Shown here: positions 57,882 to 64,000 of the stretch, one piece after another | How the letters are laid out: each line of letters opens with the position of its first letter | Numbering within the stretch: position 1 is the stretch's first letter | Origin: a virus | Lineage: Duplodnaviria; Caudoviricetes | Length of the DNA stretch: 64,000 nt | Reading direction: 5' to 3' (one strand) | IMG/VR virus record: IMGVR_UViG_3300037484_000235 | Location: 188,522 to 252,521 of that record | The notes under the pieces: model-generated | Told to the model about the DNA's origin: nothing | The model's input: the letters and a program-made list of their open reading frames with translations, nothing else | Database searches by the model: none | Program-made: the position numbers and the translations under genes

Positions 57882-58415
57882 ATGAATCCCGATACAGCCT
57901 CTGGTTTTTGGAAAGCCCTTCAACAGCAGCAGTGGCCTGTCGTTGTCGGGTTTGTGATCGTCTTCCTCATCTACGGGGCAAATAGATTTGGTCTTCAGGC
58001 AGCGGTAGGCCCGAAGTGGATTCCAGTGATCTCCATCGCGCTCGGTATCCTGTCTGCCATTGGAGCACAGCTTGTCCTCGGAATCTCGTGGGTCGAAGCC
58101 ATTGTCAAGGGATTCCTTGCGGGTGCATCAGCCACCGGTCTCTGGGAAGTGGGTCTCAAGCGTATGCTCCCAGCAATCCCTGCTGCAACATCAACGGATG
58201 TGGCTAAGGCTTCTGGTGCCCTAAAGGTGGATCTGGTCCCAGCAGGGACCCCACCTGTTAAGGCACGCAGGAAGCCTGGTCCGAAGCCAGGGTCCAAGAA
58301 GATCAAGGCTGCTGAGGCGCTTGCAGCTACCCCGGCTGCAACGACTGCGGTTGCAATCCCAGATGGTCCCCTTCCAGCCACTGCACCCGTAGTGCAGCCT
58401 GAGCCGAAGGTCTGA
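57882..58415 (+). CDS. Holin-like membrane protein (177 aa)
   Basis: Three TM-like segments, FLAGASATGLWE motif of holin-like families, basic Pro/Lys tail; SD AAGGAG. Confidence 0.6.
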   Translation: MNPDTASGFWKALQQQQWPVVVGFVIVFLIYGANRFGLQAAVGPKWIPVISIALGILSAIGAQLVLGISWVEAIVKGFLAGASATGLWEVGLKRMLPAIPAATSTDVAKASGALKVDLVPAGTPPVKARRKPGPKPGSKKIKAAEALAATPAATTAVAIPDGPLPATAPVVQPEPKV

Positions 58416-58458
58416 GTCTTTCTGTGACAGGGCCATCGCATGGGGCGTAAGAGAACCC

Positions 58459-58686
58459 ATGCGATGGTCACAGAGTCTTCAGGAAGATCGTGGTAGGATC
58501 TGGACGGACTACCTGTCCGATTGTTGCAACTGGCGGATTGAGCAGGGCCACTCGGTAGAACCAGATCAGGTCTGGGCGCTGTTCCACTCGGAGTCCGGGA
58601 AGATGCGTTGGCACTCTTTCTACCGGACGCTGAGCGAAGCAAAGGCTGGTGCGGAAGCCGCAGCGGAAGCTCAGAACAAGTCCTGA
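58459..58686 (+). CDS. Hypothetical protein (75 aa)
   Basis: Protein-like composition ending FYRTLSEAKAGAE; fills the gap after the holin-like gene. Confidence 0.55.
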   Translation: MRWSQSLQEDRGRIWTDYLSDCCNWRIEQGHSVEPDQVWALFHSESGKMRWHSFYRTLSEAKAGAEAAAEAQNKS

Positions 58687-59537
58687 GCCGGATTCCCGTT
58701 CGAGTCCATGACCCTGTAGTTTCGAAGCTTCTCTGTAAGGATTCGAATTTGAGGGCCGGACAGTGCACGCCCCTGGGATACGAACTTCTGGGCGATGTCC
58801 TGGGCAAAATTCATCACCCAGTCGTTGTTGGACCGCTTCGCCATTACGTACAGCTTGCGAAGGGCATCCATACGCATCTCTTTCTTGTCCGAGCCTGGAA
58901 GACTTTGTTGGGCGGGCTCCTGGGGTTCCGGTCGCACAGGCTCCTGGCGACGTTCTGGGGCCACAAAACGCTCTGGGGGCTTTGGTGTAGCCGGACGGTT
59001 GATCTCCGCGTCTAGGGCCCCACGCTCGCGGGGCATGAGCACCCCTCCCTTTTCGATCTTTCGGTAGTAGCCCACCAGGTCCGGGTTGTTCTCCCAGCCC
59101 TGGACCTTCTTGATCTGCTGTAGAAGATCATCCTTGTAGGCGTCCCGGTCTACGATGCCTGCAATGACATCGTAGAAATCAGAAGAGGACATGTACGCCT
59201 TCTTCATCGTCTCAATGCCCGTTGCCCAGGTCTTCTTCCAGCCAATGGTCCGCTTGAAATGGTCTTGGCCCTGAGCCTTCTTGTTGACCGTCCTGCCGGT
59301 CACGCTGCTTACAAGGGCAAGCTGCATACTCGCTTTCCCTCTGCCCATCGCGTCATCTTTCGACCCTATGGTGCTGGAGAGCTTCACGGCTACGGTGTCC
59401 GAGAGCTTGATGAGATACATCCCCACATAGCGGATATCACGCTCCCACTTTCCACGATAGCCAATGGAGTCAAGCCACTCTTCTAGCTCGTCACGAGTGA
59501 TCTGCACGAAGGTGGCGGCTGCTGTCACGGAGGCCAT
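58671..59537 (-). CDS. Hypothetical protein (288 aa) with two related short helical domains
   Basis: Starts 1 nt after the helicase stop; GWENNPDLVGYYRKIEKGGVLMPRE resembles NNDWVMNFAQDIAQKFVSQGRALSGPQ. Confidence 0.75.
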   Translation of the reverse strand: MASVTAAATFVQITRDELEEWLDSIGYRGKWERDIRYVGMYLIKLSDTVAVKLSSTIGSKDDAMGRGKASMQLALVSSVTGRTVNKKAQGQDHFKRTIGWKKTWATGIETMKKAYMSSSDFYDVIAGIVDRDAYKDDLLQQIKKVQGWENNPDLVGYYRKIEKGGVLMPRERGALDAEINRPATPKPPERFVAPERRQEPVRPEPQEPAQQSLPGSDKKEMRMDALRKLYVMAKRSNNDWVMNFAQDIAQKFVSQGRALSGPQIRILTEKLRNYRVMDSNGNPAQDLF

Positions 59538-59538
59538 T

Positions 59539-62500
59539 TCAGTTCCCCTCTTCTTGGGCCATGAGTTCTCCCCATTGAGCTTCTAGTTCTTCGGAGGCTG
59601 CGTCCTCTGGGGCGGCTCCCCAACCCCATCCGGTTGTCCCGGAAACTGGCGGAAGGAACTCAGACACGCTAGCTGTCTTGAGGTAGTCGGCGAAGCGGGC
59701 TTCCTTCATGGGTTGGGTCTGCTCTGGATCTACAGCCTCAACCACGTCTGTCGTGGTGGTTCCCATGAGTGGGATGCACGCTTCGGACATGAACACACTT
59801 GGTGTAACTAGTTTGTCACCAACCATCTTGGGCTCTAGGACGGTGACGCGGGCCCGCCCTCTAGTGATCGCGACATAGGCCAGTCTTCGTTCAGATTCCA
59901 TGAGCTTGTCATCCTTCATGGACCGAGCGTGTGGAAACCCACCATTCCACATCGGTATGTAGAGGTTGTCGACTTCGAGCCCCTTCCAACCGTGGACGGT
60001 GCCAATCTGGACAGCGTCAGGTCTGTCCTTGGGCTTGGGCTCACCCTTCTTTGGGCGTACATTTGGCTTGTTGGCTTCAACCAGAGAGTTGATGTAGTTG
60101 GTGAACTGAATCGCCTTTGGGAACCGCTTGGCAGCATTCATGAGTGGAGCGATGGGGGCCATGGCGTAGTCCGCCATCATGTCAGGGGTGATCTTCCCGT
60201 CACCATCTGCGTCCGCCTTCATTTGAATCTCGCTCATGGCCTCTGAGTCGTCTAGGAGGCTGGCGGCCAGGGAATCAATGAGCGTGTCTCCGTCGGGCCC
60301 CTTCTTGTTGACGATGAGGTTGATGAGATCCGAGGCCGACCCATCTTCCCCAAGCTTCGTGACCTCTTCAAGGTAGTCAGCGTAGTCCTGAAGCTTCGCT
60401 ACCATCTCCCGCATCTTGTAGACCTTGCGGGCACCATCCTTGTTGACGAGGAAATCGTAGTAGTCAGTGATCCCAAGATCATCCATCTTATCGCGGAGAG
60501 TCTTCTGATTTATCCCGAAGTCGGGGGCACGCACACCGTCAATGACACCCTTGTTCCGGGCTTCTACATTGTCTGTCCGCAGAACTGTGAACAGACCAAT
60601 GATCGGTCCAATGGCAGGACCCGAAAGGAAGTTTCTCTTGGACCTGAAGGGGATACCCTTCTCAATCATCTTCATGGCAAAGCCATAGACTTCCTTGTTC
60701 GTGCGAACGGCAAGCCCATACCGAGAGTAGAACTTAGCGGTGCTCCCAGTTGCATCGGCTTCCTTGAAGTCAGCTTCGATGTCAGAGGTCATCATTTCAG
60801 CGGCGTCATCTGGATCTTGGACTGGGATCCGCTGGATCTTCCCCTCCCCCTTGGCGGGGTCGGACTTGCAGACCATTGGGATCTGTTTCGGATTGAATGT
60901 GATGATCTTGTTTGCGGCTTCTACGATGGCGGACCCCGAACGGAAATTCGTGTCCAAGAGCTTCGTAGCGAATCCGGCACCACCGGGCACTAGATCGGAT
61001 TTACTGATGAATTCCATGGGGTTAGCCGCGCGGAACTCGTAAATCGCTTGTTTGTCATCGCCAATGAGAGCGAAGGTGTCCGCAGACATCTTTCCACTGG
61101 CGCGAGGCTTCAGTGTTTGTGCGTCGATATACCCAGCTACCAGTCCGAAGAGTAGGTGTTGTGCAGCGTTCAAATCTTGGGCTTCGTCAACCAAAACGCA
61201 CTTGTACTGCTTCTGGTATTTAGCTAGAAGGGCGGGGCTCTCGATCAGTTCTCTGCTGGGGGCGATCAGCATGTCATCAAAATCAAGACGACCCTTCATC
61301 TCATTGATGTTTCCCTTGAGCCATTCGTAGGCACCGTATACGGCGGAGAACACCTTGGGGGATGCCTCAAGCTTCTCCTCGTCGTCCTCTCCAACACCAG
61401 TGTCAAGAACCTGGCTTTCCATGAAGACAGCACCGGGAGCCTTGAGGCTGTTCTTGTTGAAGCTCGTGAATCGGATGAACTCGCCAACTGGGATTGGCTT
61501 CTTCTCGCCATCCTTGTCTTCCGTCGTGAAGTCATCTTCTGTCGCACCAATGTTGAACCATTGGCCAGCAGCGTTGTGCAACCAGTAGTAGTAGATGGAC
61601 TTGTCGTAGTCGAGACTTCTGAGTTTGCGCTTCCGGGCTGTCTCGATGCCGTCGCCCGAATCATCTTTGTCCGCTGCGGTCTTGACGAGAACATTTCTTC
61701 GTGTCAGTCCATCAGCTACCAGCGGGTGAGTGATGATCCCTTCGAGGATCCCCTTCTCATTGTCGGACATGGCTGCGGGATCCATGGTGTTGAACTGGGT
61801 GAGGGCCCTTACGGCGTTCTCAGCCTTGTCGGCACCCACAGCTTCTCGTAGCTGGGCAGTGGCAGACTCTTGAACGAATGGCGTAGCCGAAAAGCCAACA
61901 AATCGACGAGGTGAACGCCACGTAGGGTCGGCGTCCTTGAACATGAGTCTTCGTCCATCGATCTTCAGATCCGAGAGAATATCCCAGAAGTTGTCGATGC
62001 CAGGACCAAAGACCTCAATCACGTTCGCGTAGATTCCAGTCTTCGAGGTCTTGGAAATCTTGATCTTCGGGATGGTCAAAAGGAAATCGTTGATGGTGTC
62101 GATTGAGGCCGTGATGAGGCTCTTGAATCGGGTCCCATCCTGAAGGTAGTAATCAAGGGGGGACTTGGCCTCGACCGGATTTTGAACGGGGGACTGGGAC
62201 TCAACGGAGGGCTCCGTGGGCCCGGTGGGCGTACTAGCGTCCGATTCCCCTACCTGCCGAGCACTTGGGGCTAAGTTGGGGAAAAATGACATGGCCTCCT
62301 TGGGAGGCATGGGAGCAAGACCGCTCTTCATACTCATCTTGACTTGGGCAATCGCAACCTTCATAAGGCTCGACAGCTCACCTCCGGTGATCGGATCACC
62401 GTTTGGGTTTCCAGGGAGCTTATATCCACGCCCACTGCTCTTCAGGATGGCCGTACCGATGGAGTGGGTTGTCCCAATCCCAGGAAGCGTGTCGATGTCT

Positions 62501-63531
62501 GGGATCGTGAATCCGATCTCACCTGCGTACTTTACGATGCGTTCCTTCAACTCCTCAGCGGAGTCCTTCGTGAAGGACATCGCCATAATGTTTGACATGC
62601 CAAGACCCAAGTCCTGAGCGTGGTGGATGACCTTTCCTGCTAGGACACGCGTTTTGCCGCTTCCCGCGCCAGCAGCAATGACAGCCTTGCCCCGAACGAG
62701 CATGGCGTCTTCCTGCTCGGGGGTCATCCCAAGGTGGGCGCTGATCTTCGTAGCAAACCCACCGTTCGCACCTACTAGGGAGAGTTTGGTGGCGGCGTGA
62801 GCCTTCACCGTTGCAGGATCCTTCGACTTCTCCGCAACTCGACTAACCCGCTCCAGAAGCTCTTGGTTCTCTTGCGTGGCGGCTGCGGCTGCCGGGTCGG
62901 TTGGGTCAAGAAAGTCGAGCTTACGGCTGTTCTTGGCCACCTGGTCGATGATTCTGTCTGCGGTCACTACGTCTACGGCCACCTCTTCGATCTCAGAGAC
63001 TGGATTCCCACAATAGGACGTCGCTTCCTGGGTCCACCTCTTGAGTAGGGCAAACTTGCCCCCTGAAGCCATTCGCAATCCAGCGAGCTTGAACAGACGA
63101 GGAAGAGGGTCTCCAATTTCTGCGGCCTGGACGATTCGAATCGCTTGGGAAGAATCCGTTCCAAACACATCCCGCAACACATTTGAGTGGGCCGCGAGCC
63201 GAGGGAGGAAAGATCCCAAGAAGGCGGTACGGGACTCGTACGAGGCATACGCAGCACCTCGAAGTGCGGCGTCAATCCGAGTCTTCACTCGAAGCTTGGA
63301 CTTGTCGGCAGCATCTCGAATAATCGAATCGATTCCGGCGTCAACGGAGGTTGCAATGCGTCGTAGGAGGGCGTCCCCATCCTTCCTGTGCTTTTGGAGT
63401 CGTACCAGGTCCACGCCAGTCTGCGAGGTAGGGTCGGCTTCCATCCCACTGATGACCTGGTCAATGGACGAGATCGACAGATAAAAGGCGACCATGTCCA
63501 GGAAATCAGACGAGAGTACTTGATCCGACAT
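59539..63531 (-). CDS. UvrD/Rep/PcrA-like SF1A DNA helicase, extended (1330 aa)
   Basis: AAGAGSGKT, VLVDEAQD, GDDKQAIYEFR, NFRS, LAVRTN, TVHGWKGLE, ERRLAYVAITRGR. SD GGGAG favours ATG 63531 (MSDQVL). Confidence 0.92.
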   Translation of the reverse strand: MSDQVLSSDFLDMVAFYLSISSIDQVISGMEADPTSQTGVDLVRLQKHRKDGDALLRRIATSVDAGIDSIIRDAADKSKLRVKTRIDAALRGAAYASYESRTAFLGSFLPRLAAHSNVLRDVFGTDSSQAIRIVQAAEIGDPLPRLFKLAGLRMASGGKFALLKRWTQEATSYCGNPVSEIEEVAVDVVTADRIIDQVAKNSRKLDFLDPTDPAAAAATQENQELLERVSRVAEKSKDPATVKAHAATKLSLVGANGGFATKISAHLGMTPEQEDAMLVRGKAVIAAGAGSGKTRVLAGKVIHHAQDLGLGMSNIMAMSFTKDSAEELKERIVKYAGEIGFTIPDIDTLPGIGTTHSIGTAILKSSGRGYKLPGNPNGDPITGGELSSLMKVAIAQVKMSMKSGLAPMPPKEAMSFFPNLAPSARQVGESDASTPTGPTEPSVESQSPVQNPVEAKSPLDYYLQDGTRFKSLITASIDTINDFLLTIPKIKISKTSKTGIYANVIEVFGPGIDNFWDILSDLKIDGRRLMFKDADPTWRSPRRFVGFSATPFVQESATAQLREAVGADKAENAVRALTQFNTMDPAAMSDNEKGILEGIITHPLVADGLTRRNVLVKTAADKDDSGDGIETARKRKLRSLDYDKSIYYYWLHNAAGQWFNIGATEDDFTTEDKDGEKKPIPVGEFIRFTSFNKNSLKAPGAVFMESQVLDTGVGEDDEEKLEASPKVFSAVYGAYEWLKGNINEMKGRLDFDDMLIAPSRELIESPALLAKYQKQYKCVLVDEAQDLNAAQHLLFGLVAGYIDAQTLKPRASGKMSADTFALIGDDKQAIYEFRAANPMEFISKSDLVPGGAGFATKLLDTNFRSGSAIVEAANKIITFNPKQIPMVCKSDPAKGEGKIQRIPVQDPDDAAEMMTSDIEADFKEADATGSTAKFYSRYGLAVRTNKEVYGFAMKMIEKGIPFRSKRNFLSGPAIGPIIGLFTVLRTDNVEARNKGVIDGVRAPDFGINQKTLRDKMDDLGITDYYDFLVNKDGARKVYKMREMVAKLQDYADYLEEVTKLGEDGSASDLINLIVNKKGPDGDTLIDSLAASLLDDSEAMSEIQMKADADGDGKITPDMMADYAMAPIAPLMNAAKRFPKAIQFTNYINSLVEANKPNVRPKKGEPKPKDRPDAVQIGTVHGWKGLEVDNLYIPMWNGGFPHARSMKDDKLMESERRLAYVAITRGRARVTVLEPKMVGDKLVTPSVFMSEACIPLMGTTTTDVVEAVDPEQTQPMKEARFADYLKTASVSEFLPPVSGTTGWGWGAAPEDAASEELEAQWGELMAQEEGN

Positions 63532-63591
63532 TCGAAACTCCCAAAAGGATGACCACACCTAGCCTTCCTATCAAACGGCTAGGGCAGAACC

Positions 63592-64000
63592 ATGCCATAC
63601 AGGACACCAGACACAATACGCCAAGAACGCGAGAGTGGCCTCAACTCCGATTTCTGGAACGACTCCAATGACCTCACGGAGATCACAGCGGCCATCGCAG
63701 CGGACAACCAAATCACCGCCGGTATGAAGCGGCTCATGGGTCAGTGGTACAAGGTTACGCAGCACAAGTACCCAAAGGACTACCATGTCATCCTCCATGA
63801 CCTGAACCAGGCTAGGATTGGGAGAGGCCAGTTCATTCGTGTGGGTGGAAAGTCCAAGTACTTGATTGGCATTCTATTGGCGGTAGCAGAGTTGGAAGGT
63901 CACCTCGAAGTCATCACTGATTTGTTTGACCAATCCACAGCCACCAAGAAGGAAATGATCACGTACACCAAGGAGTCAGCCATCCGGTGGATTGGCGAAG
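63592..64000 (+). CDS. Hypothetical protein, 3' truncated (MPYRTPDTIRQERESGLNSDFW...)
   Basis: Hand-translated frame is open to the window end and preceded by CTATC 19 nt upstream. It is missing from the track because it has no stop in the window. Confidence 0.7.
   Translation, partial: MPYRTPDTIRQERESGLNSDFWNDSNDLTEITAAIAADNQITAGMKRLMGQWYKVTQHKYPKDYHVILHDLNQARIGRGQFIRVGGKSKYLIGILLAVAELEGHLEVITDLFDQSTATKKEMITYTKESAIRWIGE

Noticed and set aside
63571-63798. 75-aa - strand ORF in the track
   Set aside because: It is the shadow of a longer + strand frame (63592 to the window end) that has CTATC/SD context and more protein-like composition.
1-64000. Stop-codon reassignment (alternative genetic code) as seen in some jumbo phages
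   Set aside because: Genes up to 7.8 kb are uninterrupted in code 11; TGA and TAA end tightly packed, often overlapping genes, and TAG also serves as a stop (e.g. 34683-34685, 40091-40093).
1-64000. CRISPR array, tRNA genes, diversity-generating retroelement
   Set aside because: No regularly spaced repeats, cloverleafs, reverse transcriptase or TR/VR pair were recognised by eye, and intergenic space is minimal. tRNAscan-SE and a repeat finder would be needed to exclude them fully.

Overview
This window is 64 kb of a large, tailed, contractile-tail (myovirus-like, probably jumbo) bacteriophage, read in the standard genetic code. It is mostly a + strand neck, tail and baseplate module. That module holds a >2600-aa baseplate-type protein cut by the left edge, neck and tail-completion genes, a 1775-aa tail sheath and a tail tube flanked by two homing endonucleases. 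It continues with tail chaperones, a tape measure, two tube-like baseplate paralogs, a 1689-aa hub with a DUF3380-like muramidase insert, further 862-1905-aa virion proteins and two holin-like genes. Short - strand islands interrupt it: a DHH phosphoesterase operon, a SleB-like hydrolase with an HNH gene, and a 1330-aa UvrD-like helicase. No capsid, terminase, tRNA or CRISPR was recognised. The most notable observations are these. (1) Four otherwise different proteins share a conserved ~30-aa N-terminal leader (LRSKLIRLAHxNPELRxxLLPLLKEAA). Their bodies look like strings of small modules joined at [KR]-x-A-[ASG] sites, suggesting a capsid-cargo targeting and proteolytic processing system. (2) An actin-fold ATPase is translationally coupled inside the neck operon. 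(3) A CTATC element recurs about 16-27 nt upstream of many + strand starts (candidate phage late promoter) and also supports an ATT start codon. Functional calls come from manual motif recognition and gene order; no database searches were run.
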